A stretch of 61,244 nucleotides of DNA from an uncultured bacterium (GCA_900547585.1 URHD01000001.1:1-61244), one strand, 5' to 3'. Counted from the stretch's first letter, positions 25,264-35,631 are shown. Notes: generated by a model not told the origin, from the sequence alone. Translations and numbers: made by a program.

Positions 25264-26316
25264 ATGTATGACGTAATTACTATCGGAAGCGCAACAATAG
25301 ACGCTTTTATTGAATGTGACGATGCAAATATCGTTTCCGTGAACACAAAAAATTGCCAGAACGAGTTTATGGCGTACCCGTACGGCGCAAAGATGGAAAT
25401 TAACGGTTTTAAAACGGCTGTGGGCGGCGGCGGGCTGAATGCGGCTTCGAATTTTGCAAATCTCGGGCTCGATACCTCGGCAATCTTCAAAATCGGCGAA
25501 GATTTTCAGGCAAAAAATATTCTTTCAAAAATGGAGCAGGCAGGAGTTGATATTTCCAACGTAATTGTCAGCGAAGACGAAACCTCGGGCTTTTCCATTA
25601 TTCTTGTAAGTTTTGAGGGCAACAGAACCGTTCTTGCGCACCGCGGCACAAACGGCACAATCAGAGAAGCAGAAATTGATTTTGAAGCAATCAAAAATGC
25701 AAAATGGCTTTACATTGCGCCTTTGAATGGCGAATCCGGTCAGGTTCTGGACGTCATTTCAAGGTTTGCAGAAGAAAACAACGTAAACACAACCATAAAT
25801 CCGGGCTCCTCAAGCCTTAAACAGGGGATGAAATACTTCAAAAATATCTTCAAAACAGCTGAAGTCGTTGTTATGAACAAAGAAGAAGCCTCAATGGTCA
25901 CAAAAATTGAAGTGCGCCCCGACACAAAGTCAGAAAAGTTCTCGGATGAAATAATCCATCCTGACATCGTCAAAATGCTCGATGAATTAAAAGGAATGGG
26001 CGCAAAAATCGTCATAATCACGGACGGCAAAAACGGTGTATATGCTTTTGACGGGAAAAAATATTACAGATGTCCGGAATTCCCCGCAAAAGTAGTAAGT
26101 ACGCTCGGAGCAGGCGATGCGCTTTCATCTACGTTCACTGCGGCGCTGGAATACACAAACTGGAACATCGAAAAATCGCTTATGCTTGCCTCTGTAAATG
26201 CAGCGTCGGTTGTTTCGCATTTTGGCGCGCAGGAAGGATTTTTGAAGTTTGAAGACATGGAAAGAAAACTCAAAGAACATCCCTGCTTTATGGTTGATGT
26301 TCTGGAATGCAGATAA
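25264..26316 (+). CDS. PfkB-family carbohydrate/nucleoside kinase
   Basis: Ribokinase-like fold signatures (ITIGSATIDAF, GGGGLNAA, C-terminal TLGAGDALSSTF). Confidence 0.8.
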   Translation: MYDVITIGSATIDAFIECDDANIVSVNTKNCQNEFMAYPYGAKMEINGFKTAVGGGGLNAASNFANLGLDTSAIFKIGEDFQAKNILSKMEQAGVDISNVIVSEDETSGFSIILVSFEGNRTVLAHRGTNGTIREAEIDFEAIKNAKWLYIAPLNGESGQVLDVISRFAEENNVNTTINPGSSSLKQGMKYFKNIFKTAEVVVMNKEEASMVTKIEVRPDTKSEKFSDEIIHPDIVKMLDELKGMGAKIVIITDGKNGVYAFDGKKYYRCPEFPAKVVSTLGAGDALSSTFTAALEYTNWNIEKSLMLASVNAASVVSHFGAQEGFLKFEDMERKLKEHPCFMVDVLECR

Positions 26317-26332
26317 AATGCTTTAAAACCGT

Positions 26333-27238
26333 TTATTTAATAATAACAGCATCCTCTCTGAGCTGAATCACAAATTTTGCGCCCGCGGGTATTGAAATCG
26401 ATCCGCCTTTTGTGAAAAGAGCAATAACAGGAGAGGAAACCACATTGGCGCCGTAGACCACCAGACCCGCTGCGGTTGGAAAAGGCGCAATTACAAGGTT
26501 TATGCCGCCTTTTTTTGCAAATTTACAGGAGCTTTTCCACATTTTTTTGAGATATTTGCTCCCGAAAGTTGTGGAATTCCACATGTTTTGAAGATATTTG
26601 CGTTTGCCTTTTATGTTGTTCAGGAAGATTTTTTTATCGTTTGCGACGCTGATTTTTGCGTCAATTTCATAAGTTGCGCCTTTATAAACCATTTCATCAA
26701 CCTTAATAACTATCAGACCGCCGTTTCCGCTGATATATGGCTGATGGGAATCAACAATTCGGCCTTTAAAAACAGTGCCGGCAGGAATTGTTATATATGT
26801 GAACGTTTCAGGCGCTGTACTGACAAAACTTACTCTTGAACCGAGCCTTGTTTTGTCGGAAACAGCATTTTGAAGTTTTACCCTGAATTTTTTACCTTTT
26901 TTGAGCACAGCCGTGGATTTCACATTGTTTTGTGCAGATGTATTCGTAGTTGTACCCCTTGCAGGAACCGTGACAGGGGCAGTATTTTTAGGAGCAGCCG
27001 GCACAGCAGCAGGAGATTCCGCAGGGGACGGGCTAAATGCATCAATTGTCGTGTCAAAAGGGTCAGCCTCGCTCGGGAGCGCAGGAAGCAGGTCGTTTTC
27101 TATTTTTTTTGTGTTGTATTTTGCTCTGATTGCACTATCGATTGAATCATCGACAAAATCATCACAAAAAGCAACGCCCGAGGAGAAAACCGCTGCAACA
27201 AATGATAGCAATAAAAATTTTTTTAATTTTAATTCCAT
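26333..27238 (-). CDS. hypothetical secreted protein (signal peptide, Pro/Ala-rich linker, beta-rich C-terminal domain)
   Basis: MELKLKKFLLLSFVAAVFSSGVAFC signal. The ATG lies 7 nt after the amidase stop, so co-transcription is likely. There is a weak resemblance to TrbI/VirB10-type barrels (IPAGTVFKGRIV...), which I do not consider established. Confidence 0.6.
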   Translation of the reverse strand: MELKLKKFLLLSFVAAVFSSGVAFCDDFVDDSIDSAIRAKYNTKKIENDLLPALPSEADPFDTTIDAFSPSPAESPAAVPAAPKNTAPVTVPARGTTTNTSAQNNVKSTAVLKKGKKFRVKLQNAVSDKTRLGSRVSFVSTAPETFTYITIPAGTVFKGRIVDSHQPYISGNGGLIVIKVDEMVYKGATYEIDAKISVANDKKIFLNNIKGKRKYLQNMWNSTTFGSKYLKKMWKSSCKFAKKGGINLVIAPFPTAAGLVVYGANVVSSPVIALFTKGGSISIPAGAKFVIQLREDAVIIK

Positions 27239-27245
27239 AATGTGC

Positions 27246-28754
27246 CTAATCAACAGGTTTTACAGTCGAATCAATCAAATATTTTTCCAGCCCCGATTTA
27301 ATCGAAACTGCGGCTTTCTGCCTGAAGTTTTCATCCAGCATAAGCATATATTCTGTCGGATGAATCATATACGCAACCTCCAGAAGCACACATAACGGCA
27401 TTGTCGGGCGCGTAAGCACAAAACTGGAGCGGTTAAAACCGTCATTAGCCGTGCTCAAATCAGTAATTAGCTTTTCCTGCAAGGATTTTGCGAGCAGTTT
27501 TGCCTCGTTGTTGTAATAAAATACAGAAGTTCCGTGTTTTTTGTAAGGATCGGCTCCGTCAGGAAGCGCGTTTGCATGCAAGCTTATAAGAACCAGCGCA
27601 TCAGCGTCTTTTGCCATTTTCGGACGTTCATAAAGCGGGGTATTTGTGTCATCTGTACGGGTCATAACAACCTGTGCACCGGAGTTTTCAAGTTCCTGCT
27701 TCAATCTGCGGGCGACATCAAGGTTAATTTCCTTTTCTTTAACACCTGTAGGCCCGACAGCGCCGGAATCACATCCTCCATGCCCGGGGTCAATCCCTAT
27801 CACTAGCCCTTTCAGCGGAGCTTTTTCATCAATTTTTGGCTCTTTTCTGATTTTTAAAACGAGATTTTTTCCATCGTAATAACAATCATAGCCCCATAAT
27901 TTCTGGTTCAGTTCAATAAAATATCTGGAAATTTCTCCGGTTTGCGCAGTTGCAATCGCGAGATTTTTTATTGCGGTCATGGGTTTGAAGATTTTGCTGT
28001 CAGCAGCATTGTTTTTGACGCCGAAAATCTCCAGTTCAAGTCCGCCCTCCACTTCCTTCACTGAAAACGGAGCTCTTATGTCAAGTGAGGACTTTATGTA
28101 CTCGTAATATTTATCTTCGCTTAAAACAACGTCGCAAACCGTGGCGTGGAGCTTTTCATTTATTAAAGAATGGTTGATAACCTTTGATTCCGCCACCCAT
28201 GCGGTTTTATCAGGGCTCAGGGTTACTCTGTACCAGTTTCCCTTTTTGCCGTTAATCATCAAAACCGTATCTTTGTCCAGATGTGTGATTCTGGAGCCGT
28301 TTTCATCGGGTTGCGCCCTTAGCGGAGTGTTGTCGCACAAAACAAGAGCATAAATATACTCATTTTCCCCGAATTCTTCAAGCGGAGGCTCCTGTTTTAC
28401 GGTTTGGGATTTCGGGGGTTTTGTTATGGAATATTTTACCGAAGTTTTTTCACTTCCGGTAGTTGATTCAAGCACAAAATCATTTTCTCCGTCATGCAGG
28501 GTCACTACCTCAACAAATGAACCGTTTTCCCACACTTTTACAGGCTTGCTGTTGATAGTCAGTGTTGAACCTGCCGTAGTGCTACCCACAAAAAACGTCG
28601 AGGAAGCATTCACACTTACCGTCGGGTTTTTAGGATAAACGACCTCGAGTGCTTCGCACTGAACTCCCGTTATTACCATTGCTGCGGCCGAAAAAATTAG
28701 TTTGTTTAAGTTCTTCATTGTAAAAATTATCTCAAATTTCATATTTTTTTGCAA
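27246..28754 (-). CDS. N-acetylmuramoyl-L-alanine amidase (Amidase_3, AmiC-like) with N-terminal accessory and SH3-like domains
   Basis: C-terminal IGIDPGHGGCDSGAVGPTGVKEKEINLDVARRL...LISLHANA. SH3b-like NTPLRAQPDENGSRITHLDKDTVLMINGKKGNWYRV. The true start is possibly MKNLNKLIF (28718). Confidence 0.85.
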   Translation of the reverse strand: MQKNMKFEIIFTMKNLNKLIFSAAAMVITGVQCEALEVVYPKNPTVSVNASSTFFVGSTTAGSTLTINSKPVKVWENGSFVEVVTLHDGENDFVLESTTGSEKTSVKYSITKPPKSQTVKQEPPLEEFGENEYIYALVLCDNTPLRAQPDENGSRITHLDKDTVLMINGKKGNWYRVTLSPDKTAWVAESKVINHSLINEKLHATVCDVVLSEDKYYEYIKSSLDIRAPFSVKEVEGGLELEIFGVKNNAADSKIFKPMTAIKNLAIATAQTGEISRYFIELNQKLWGYDCYYDGKNLVLKIRKEPKIDEKAPLKGLVIGIDPGHGGCDSGAVGPTGVKEKEINLDVARRLKQELENSGAQVVMTRTDDTNTPLYERPKMAKDADALVLISLHANALPDGADPYKKHGTSVFYYNNEAKLLAKSLQEKLITDLSTANDGFNRSSFVLTRPTMPLCVLLEVAYMIHPTEYMLMLDENFRQKAAVSIKSGLEKYLIDSTVKPVD

Positions 28755-28836
28755 ATTTTATGTAATATAAATCATAAGATTGACAAAAAAATTTTATCAG
28801 GGATTTTATAACATCAGATAGTCAAAAGGGGAAACC

Positions 28837-29415
28837 ATGCTAACAAAAATTTCATACACACCGGCAAACTACAAAGTAAACAAGAATTTTCAGGCCGAAA
28901 GAAGCATAAACACAAACAAAACCGCACAGGTAAGTTTCGGAATGCTGCCGGCAAAAGCCATTTCTAAAAATAACGTAGAACTTCTGGAAAAAATCGCCCA
29001 AAAACTTAGCCAGGGCCCTGATGGAGTCTTTACAAAAACAATAAACAACAAAACTATTACACTTAACCGTTTTCCAAAAAGCTGTGGAGAAATTTTGATA
29101 AAAGAAAAAAACGGTTCTGAGCTAAAAATTAATAATATTTTTTATGGAGAAGCCCTAAATCTAGAATATCTGGAAAAAACCAAAAAGCCGTCAATAACTT
29201 CGATGCGCCTCGCTTACGGCAAAGACGGAAAGGGCTATGAGTTTGAACCCGGTGAAATATTGAGGTTCAAATCCCAATACCCGCAAAAAGGAATGACGCT
29301 TAATGTTGAACGCATTTACTACGACCGCTCTACAGTAAATGCATATTTTAATGAAGAAAGATTAAAAAGACTCAATTGTGTGTTAAAAAGAATTCTTCCA
29401 GATGCGCTCCTTTAG
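28837..29415 (+). CDS. hypothetical protein, 192 aa
   Basis: ORF with AAGGGGA upstream of the ATG. No family recognised. Confidence 0.55.
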   Translation: MLTKISYTPANYKVNKNFQAERSINTNKTAQVSFGMLPAKAISKNNVELLEKIAQKLSQGPDGVFTKTINNKTITLNRFPKSCGEILIKEKNGSELKINNIFYGEALNLEYLEKTKKPSITSMRLAYGKDGKGYEFEPGEILRFKSQYPQKGMTLNVERIYYDRSTVNAYFNEERLKRLNCVLKRILPDALL

Positions 29416-30080
29416 CCAATCTGGTTCAAATATTCTATAACTTTTTCAGCTACGGCAATTGCAGATGCCGGATTTTGTCCGGTAATCAGGTTATCATCAA
29501 CAACGACATGCTCTGCCCACGGTTTAAGCTGAGTAAATTCAGCTCCCAGCTGTTCGAGGCGTGATTGAAGCAAAAACGGAACGAGTTCGGTTCTTTTCAC
29601 AATCTTTTCTTCCTCGTTTGTAAAAGAAGTTACTTTTTTGTTTTTAACAATCGGCTCCCCATCGGTTCTTTTTGCCCCAAGAAGCCCCGCCGGCCCGTGA
29701 CAAACCGCGCTGGTTGCTTTTCCGGTATTGTAAAAATGGCCAGTAACTTCAGCAACAAGCTCGTTTTCCGCAATATCGAACATGGGGCCATGCCCGCCCG
29801 GGAAAAAGATTGCATCAAAATTTTTGTAATCAACTTCTTCAAGTTTTTTTGTATTTTCAAGGAACTTTGCAGCTTCATCCCATTCCATGGGGTTTGAGCA
29901 GGAGAGGCTGCCCTCATCAATCGGTGATTTGCCGCCTTTTATGCTGGCTACGGTAATTTCATAACCGGTATCTCTAAAAATTAAGAAAGGAACCGCAAAC
30001 TCTTCAAGCCACACGCCTGTTTGCGTTCCATCAGCGAGTTTGTCAGCATTCGTAACAACAATAAGCACCTTTTTAGACAT
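29412..30080 (-). CDS. DJ-1/PfpI-family (class I glutamine amidotransferase-like) protein
   Basis: VLIVVTN..., FFPGGHGPMFD, nucleophile elbow SAVCHGPAGL and a C-terminal VVDDNLITGQNPAS. Confidence 0.85.
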   Translation of the reverse strand: MSKKVLIVVTNADKLADGTQTGVWLEEFAVPFLIFRDTGYEITVASIKGGKSPIDEGSLSCSNPMEWDEAAKFLENTKKLEEVDYKNFDAIFFPGGHGPMFDIAENELVAEVTGHFYNTGKATSAVCHGPAGLLGAKRTDGEPIVKNKKVTSFTNEEEKIVKRTELVPFLLQSRLEQLGAEFTQLKPWAEHVVVDDNLITGQNPASAIAVAEKVIEYLNQIG

Positions 30081-30306
30081 ATTTTTTTCCTTTTAATAAC
30101 TAAGTGTACTTATTCTCTCCAATTTTGAAAAATCGCGCATTCCCCGACTGTATAAAAAAATAATGCGACTTTAAAAAGCCGCATAAGTCAAGAAAGGAAT
30201 GGTTAGACTATTAATAATTAAATTATGCAGATTTTTACCATGCGGTGCAAATTGCTAAACAAAACTTAATAAATATGCTAAAATATTGTTAATAAAAGGA
30301 GAAAGT

Positions 30307-31110
30307 ATGAAAATCGGAATTTACGGACTGGGGCTGATTGGAGGCTCACTTTTGAAAGCGCTGCACGGCTATGAAAAAATCGCAGTAACAGGAAACGACA
30401 GCACAATCGAAGCTGCAAAACCTTATGCCGTCGAGGTCACAAAAGACCCGAACAGGCTTAAAGAATGCTCTCTTGTGTTCGTTTGCGTTCCGATGAACAA
30501 AACACTTGAGGTTCTTGACAGACTTGAAAATATAGTTTCTGCGGACACGATTGTTGCCGATGTTGCGAGCCTGAAAGGGTTTGTTATGGAGAAAAAACGT
30601 CCGTACAAGCTTATTGGCACCCATCCTATGGCCGGAACGGAACATACTGGCTTTGAATATTCGTTTAAAGAGCTGTTTGAGGGCGCAAAGTGGGTTATTA
30701 CTCCGTCTGAGGAAACCACGCCGGAGGATTTGAACAAAATCGAAACCATAATTAAATCCGTATGGGCCCATCCGGTAATAATGGACGCAAAAACGCACGA
30801 CAGGGCAGCAGCGTTGATTAGCCACATGCCAATGCTGGTTTCACAGGCTCTAATGCTCTCCGTCCAGGGAAACAATGACGCAAAACGCCTTGCAGCGAGC
30901 GGTTTTCGGGATATGACGCGGCTTGCAATGTCAAATACCGAAATGGCTGCGGATATGGTCAATTTGAACAGGGAAAATATTGAAGAATCGCTCGGGCTGC
31001 TTTCAGCGTCGATTATGCAGCTTTTGGGCAGTGATTACACGGGAAAAATTGAAGAAATTGCGCAAAAAAGACGTGCAATGTATGACGAGAGCGGGAAAAA
31101 TGTTTTGTAG
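30307..31110 (+). CDS. tyrA: prephenate/arogenate dehydrogenase
   Basis: N-terminal Rossmann motif IGIYGLGLIGGS and the catalytic region IGTHPMAGTE. AAGGAG RBS before the ATG at 30307. Confidence 0.8.
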   Translation: MKIGIYGLGLIGGSLLKALHGYEKIAVTGNDSTIEAAKPYAVEVTKDPNRLKECSLVFVCVPMNKTLEVLDRLENIVSADTIVADVASLKGFVMEKKRPYKLIGTHPMAGTEHTGFEYSFKELFEGAKWVITPSEETTPEDLNKIETIIKSVWAHPVIMDAKTHDRAAALISHMPMLVSQALMLSVQGNNDAKRLAASGFRDMTRLAMSNTEMAADMVNLNRENIEESLGLLSASIMQLLGSDYTGKIEEIAQKRRAMYDESGKNVL

Positions 31111-31272
31111 ATTGCTAAAGTTGTCCAGCGCCGTTTCTTGGAGCGGAACTTAAGGCGTGTTGTTGCTCATTATTATTTTGTAATATAATTAATTTGAAAT
31201 ACTGCCTGTTTTGCAGGTGATTTTGATAAAAATTCATAAAAAAGATGTTTGAAGAAAAAGGATTTAATAATA

Positions 31273-33294
31273 ATGAGCAAATATTTACTGGAAATCGGAA
31301 CAGAAGAGCTGCCTTATAAGTTTATTGATGCAGGTCAGGAACAATTGAAAACTGCATTTGAAAAACTGCTTAAAGAAAACGAAATCGAGTTTTCAAGCGT
31401 AAAAACCTACGGCACTCCGCGAAGATTGACGGTAGTAGTCGACGGTTTGAACGAAAAGCAGCCGGACACGGTTAAAACCGTCAGGGGGCCGATTGCGAAT
31501 ATTGCATTCGATGAAAATGGAAACCTCACCCAGGCAGGATTGGGGTTTGCCCGCAAAAACGGGGTTGAACCGTCCGCGTTGTACAAAGAAGATAATTATG
31601 TTCATGCAAAAATCGAGAAAAAAGGCAAACTCACCAAAGATGTTCTCGCAGAAAACATTGAAAATCTGGTTTTGAAAATGCAGGGCCCTTATTTTATGAG
31701 ATGGGCTGAGCTGGATGTAAAATTCCAAAGACCTATCAGATGGGTGGTTTCGCTTTTTGATAATGATGAGTTGAAAATAAAGATTGCAGAGGTTGAATCC
31801 TCAAGATTTTCACGCGGACACAGGTTTGCTTCTTCAAAAGTTGAAATCAAAAACCCTGATAACTACGAAGATGCGCTTTTTGAAGCAAAAGTTATTGTTG
31901 ACGGCGAAAAAAGAAAAGAAAAAATCATTTCTTCAGCAAAAGCCGAAGCCCAAAAAATCGGCGCACAGGTTGTTCTCGATGAAGAACTTGTGAAAGAAGT
32001 TACCAATATAACGGAATGGCCGGTTCCGGTTGTGTGCAATTTTGACAAAAACTACCTGAATGTGCCGGAAAAAGTAACTGTAACCGTTATGGCTACTCAC
32101 CAGCGCTATTTCCCGCTTTACAAAGACGGAAAATTGATAAACAGCTTTATTACGACAACAAATTTCCTCGGGAACGACTTTGAAAACATAAAAGCAGGGA
32201 ATGAAAGAGTTGTTAAGGCAAGACTTGATGATGCGGTATTTTTCTTCAATGAAGATACGAAAAAACCGTTTGAAAGCAATCTTGAGGGCTTAAAAGGGGT
32301 CACATTCCAAAAAGGAATGGGCTCAATGTACGATAAAACTTACAGAATCCTTGAACTCTCAAAATACATCGCAAAAGAACTCGGCAAAGAGTCAAAAACC
32401 ATCGAAAGAACCGCACTTTTATGCAAAGCTGACCTTGTTACGAGCCTTGTGTTTGAATTTACTGAATTACAGGGTTTTATCGGTTCGGATTACGCGTTCA
32501 ATTCCGGCGAAGCGCCTCAGGTTGTCGAAGGTATAAAAGAACATTATTACCCGCTGGGCGCAGATTCGGAGCTTGCGGAATCGATTGAGGGACAGGTTGT
32601 CGGTCTGGCAGACAAAATCGACACAATCTGTGCTGTTTTTGCAGAAGGCAAAAAGCCGACCGGCTCTGCGGATCCGCTTGGCGTCCGCCGCGCAACGCTC
32701 GGTATTTTGAAAACGATTATTCAAAAGGATTTGAAAGTAAATCTCACAGAATTGATTAAAAAATCGATTTCTATTTTGCCCGTAAAAGTTGACGCTCCGC
32801 AAAAGCTTTACGAAGAAGTAAAAAACTTCTTTGAACAGCGCTTATCAATTTATTACAACGACAAATATTCACATGACGTTGTTGAGGCTTGTTTGTCGAA
32901 CAAAGATGCGCTTTCTGATTTGGGCGATTTTGCCCTGCGGCTTGAAGTCGTTGAAAAAATCAAAAAACTGCCTGAATTCGCTCCCGTAAACGAAGCCGCC
33001 AACAGGATAATTCGTATAGCCAAGGCAGATTCAAATTCACCTGACAAGGCATTGTTTAATAGCCCGTTTGAAACGAAACTTATGGAATGTTTAACATCCA
33101 TTAATGCTGATAACCTTGAATATGAAAAATTATTCGGAGAACTCGCAAAAGCAGTGCCCGTGATTAATGAATTCTTTGATAACGTGCTCGTTATGGACAA
33201 AGATGAAAAAATCAAGGAAAATCGATTAAAACTCCTTGCATTTGCAAAAGAAAAATTCGAAAAACTGGCTGATTTCTCCAAAATAAACGGTTAA
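31273..33294 (+). CDS. glyS: glycyl-tRNA synthetase beta subunit
   Basis: N-terminus YLLEIGTEELPYKF, YGTPRRL, PIRW, ITEWP and ATHQRYFP, all typical GlyS blocks. No glyQ is adjacent. Confidence 0.9.
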   Translation: MSKYLLEIGTEELPYKFIDAGQEQLKTAFEKLLKENEIEFSSVKTYGTPRRLTVVVDGLNEKQPDTVKTVRGPIANIAFDENGNLTQAGLGFARKNGVEPSALYKEDNYVHAKIEKKGKLTKDVLAENIENLVLKMQGPYFMRWAELDVKFQRPIRWVVSLFDNDELKIKIAEVESSRFSRGHRFASSKVEIKNPDNYEDALFEAKVIVDGEKRKEKIISSAKAEAQKIGAQVVLDEELVKEVTNITEWPVPVVCNFDKNYLNVPEKVTVTVMATHQRYFPLYKDGKLINSFITTTNFLGNDFENIKAGNERVVKARLDDAVFFFNEDTKKPFESNLEGLKGVTFQKGMGSMYDKTYRILELSKYIAKELGKESKTIERTALLCKADLVTSLVFEFTELQGFIGSDYAFNSGEAPQVVEGIKEHYYPLGADSELAESIEGQVVGLADKIDTICAVFAEGKKPTGSADPLGVRRATLGILKTIIQKDLKVNLTELIKKSISILPVKVDAPQKLYEEVKNFFEQRLSIYYNDKYSHDVVEACLSNKDALSDLGDFALRLEVVEKIKKLPEFAPVNEAANRIIRIAKADSNSPDKALFNSPFETKLMECLTSINADNLEYEKLFGELAKAVPVINEFFDNVLVMDKDEKIKENRLKLLAFAKEKFEKLADFSKING

Positions 33295-33337
33295 AGTTTA
33301 GTCATAGACTCCTGCGCAGCAGGTCAAAAACACGATT

Positions 33338-33733
33338 ATGGATAATATCAGGCTTTATACAGGAGTCCTGCTGTTTCTGTGCATGTTTTCGCTTGCCGAT
33401 TTTGAGAGCATCGGCACATTTCTCACGGAACGCAAGATTGTTCAAAAATACAAAAATTCGGAGAAAATGCTCGGATTCGGGGTTTTGCAGTACGAAAATG
33501 GCGTTTATGTAGTTGATGTACTGGACTTTACGCCTGCAAAACATGCCGGCATTGAAGAAATGGATAAAATTCTTGCTGTTGACGGCGAAAAAATCGATAC
33601 AATTGAACAATTCAAGAAAAAAATTGACCTTTTTCACAAAAATCAGGCGCTGAATCTCCTTGTATACAGAAAAAGCACCGGGCAAGACGTAAATATTTCA
33701 ATTAAACCTATAATTCTAATTCCGCAGGATTAG
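33338..33733 (+). CDS. small membrane-anchored PDZ-domain protein
   Basis: N-terminal hydrophobic segment, then a PDZ-like GFGVLQYENGVYVVDVLDFTPAKHAGIEEMDKILAVDGEKI. Confidence 0.65.
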   Translation: MDNIRLYTGVLLFLCMFSLADFESIGTFLTERKIVQKYKNSEKMLGFGVLQYENGVYVVDVLDFTPAKHAGIEEMDKILAVDGEKIDTIEQFKKKIDLFHKNQALNLLVYRKSTGQDVNISIKPIILIPQD

Positions 33734-33904
33734 ATTTAACAAAATCCGATTAATTCTTTGTAACTAGAACTTAATGATTAACAGAACCTGAAAACACTTG
33801 CCCCAAAGGTAATCTCAGGGCTATAAATTTTTAGTTGATTTTGTGCTATGTTATTGTTATAAAGGGAACGATATAGATTAGGATAGTAATATCAAAGGAG
33901 AATT

Positions 33905-35614
33905 ATGGGATTACCAAAAGTAGCATATTTTTCAATGGAAATAGCAATGGACCAGTCTTTGAGTACTTATTCCGGCGGTCTCGGATTTCTTGCGGGCTCT
34001 CACATGCAGTCTGCGGGCTATCTTCAATTGCCTATTGTCGGCGTAACTATGCTGTGGTCTTATGGCTATTATAATCAGAGAATCAATGAAGAAGGAAATG
34101 TTGATGTAGCTTACATCAGAAAACACTATGACTTTTTACAAAGTGTTGACGCTTCGGTTACTGTTGACATTTTCGGCGAAAAAGTTGTTGTAAAAGCGTT
34201 CAGAGTTGACCCGAGCCTTTTTGGCACCTGCCCTGTTTACCTTTTAACAACAGACATTGAAGAAAACTCGGAATGGGCACGCTCAATATCCCACAAACTC
34301 TATGACGGAAACGAAAAAATAAGAATTGCGCAGGAAACTGTCCTAGGTGTAGGCGGTGTAAGACTTTTGCAGGCAATCAAATATGACTTTGATTGTGTTC
34401 ACATGAATGAGGGTCACGCGCTTCCTGCTGCATTTGAGCTTTTAAGACAGTACAACGGCGACCTCAATCAGGTAAAAAGGAAAGTTGTATTCACTACACA
34501 CACACCGGTTGCGGCAGGTAACGAAGTTCACTGGGTTGATACGCTTCTTGAGGGTGGATTCTTTGCCGGATGCTCCAGAGAACGCGCTGTTGAGCTCGGT
34601 GGTGAGCATTTCTCGCTTACAGTTGCAGCATTGAGAATGAGCCGTATTGCAAACGCCGTATCTCAGCTCCACGGGCTCGTTTCCAACAAAATGTGGTCCT
34701 GGGTTGAAGGCAGATGCCCCATCAGAGCGATTACAAATGCCGTAAACCTTCACTACTGGCAGGATGAGCGAATTGCAAAAGCACAAACACTTGAAGATTT
34801 GCTCAATGCAAAAATCGAGATGAAAAAAGAAGTTTTCAGCTATATTGCAAACACAACCGGCAAAAGATTTGACCCGAATGTGCTCACAATTACCTGGGCA
34901 AGAAGATTTGCTGATTACAAACGTGCATGGCTCATCTTTATGGACATGGACAGAATCCTCAAACTCTTGAATGCGGACAAAGTTCAGCTGATTTTTGCAG
35001 GAAAATTCCATCCGGATGACGCAATGGGACGTGAAATGTTTAATAACATTCTTCACAAATCTTACAATATCAAAAATGTTGCGGTTCTTGCCGGTTACGA
35101 GCTTGAACTGAGCGCAAAATTGAAAAGAGCTACCGATGTATGGCTAAACACCCCCATCAGACCGCTTGAAGCTTCCGGTACATCCGGCATGTCAGCGAAT
35201 ATGAACGGTGCGCTTCACCTTTCTATCTATGATGGATGGACAGTTGAGGGCACTTTCCCGGGAATCAACGGCTACACGGTTGAATATCCGGGTCTTGATG
35301 ATGATATTCCTTGGGAAGAAAGACATTGGAAAGATCATGACTGCATTATGGACATCATCGAAAACCAGATTATCCCGACATACTACGACAACAAGCTCGA
35401 ATGGGCGAGAATGATGAGACAGGCTGTCAGAACTGCAGAAGCTTACTTCAACTCTGACAGAATGGTTATTGAATACTTTAACAGAATTTACAAGCCGATT
35501 GCGCATGAAAGTGCAAAAGAAGGCGGCTTAAATCCTGACGCTTCAATGACTTCTGATCCGTCAGCACACGAAAATCCGAATATGGATGCCTGGACTTATT
35601 CAAACATCAAGTAA
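33905..35614 (+). CDS. alpha-glucan phosphorylase family (GT35, short GlgP-like form) with atypical PLP-site residue
   Basis: AYFSMEIAMDQSLSTYSGGLGFLAGSHMQSAG, HMNEGH and the C-terminal block EASGTSGMSANMNGALHLSIYDGW. Confidence 0.8.
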   Translation: MGLPKVAYFSMEIAMDQSLSTYSGGLGFLAGSHMQSAGYLQLPIVGVTMLWSYGYYNQRINEEGNVDVAYIRKHYDFLQSVDASVTVDIFGEKVVVKAFRVDPSLFGTCPVYLLTTDIEENSEWARSISHKLYDGNEKIRIAQETVLGVGGVRLLQAIKYDFDCVHMNEGHALPAAFELLRQYNGDLNQVKRKVVFTTHTPVAAGNEVHWVDTLLEGGFFAGCSRERAVELGGEHFSLTVAALRMSRIANAVSQLHGLVSNKMWSWVEGRCPIRAITNAVNLHYWQDERIAKAQTLEDLLNAKIEMKKEVFSYIANTTGKRFDPNVLTITWARRFADYKRAWLIFMDMDRILKLLNADKVQLIFAGKFHPDDAMGREMFNNILHKSYNIKNVAVLAGYELELSAKLKRATDVWLNTPIRPLEASGTSGMSANMNGALHLSIYDGWTVEGTFPGINGYTVEYPGLDDDIPWEERHWKDHDCIMDIIENQIIPTYYDNKLEWARMMRQAVRTAEAYFNSDRMVIEYFNRIYKPIAHESAKEGGLNPDASMTSDPSAHENPNMDAWTYSNIK

Positions 35615-35631
35615 GTTAAAAGGGTTTATTA

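Noticed and set aside
26333-27238. TrbI/VirB10-like assignment for the 306-aa secreted protein downstream of the amidase
   Set aside because: The assignment rests on a single short pattern (IPAGTVFKGRIV... followed by a beta-rich segment). No other type IV secretion genes are present, so it is left as hypothetical.
30245-30284. Promoter call for tyrA (TTGCTA ... TGCTAAAAT)
   Set aside because: The spacer between the candidate -35 and -10 is 21 nt, which is too long. Only the extended -10 is convincing, so it is not listed as a feature.
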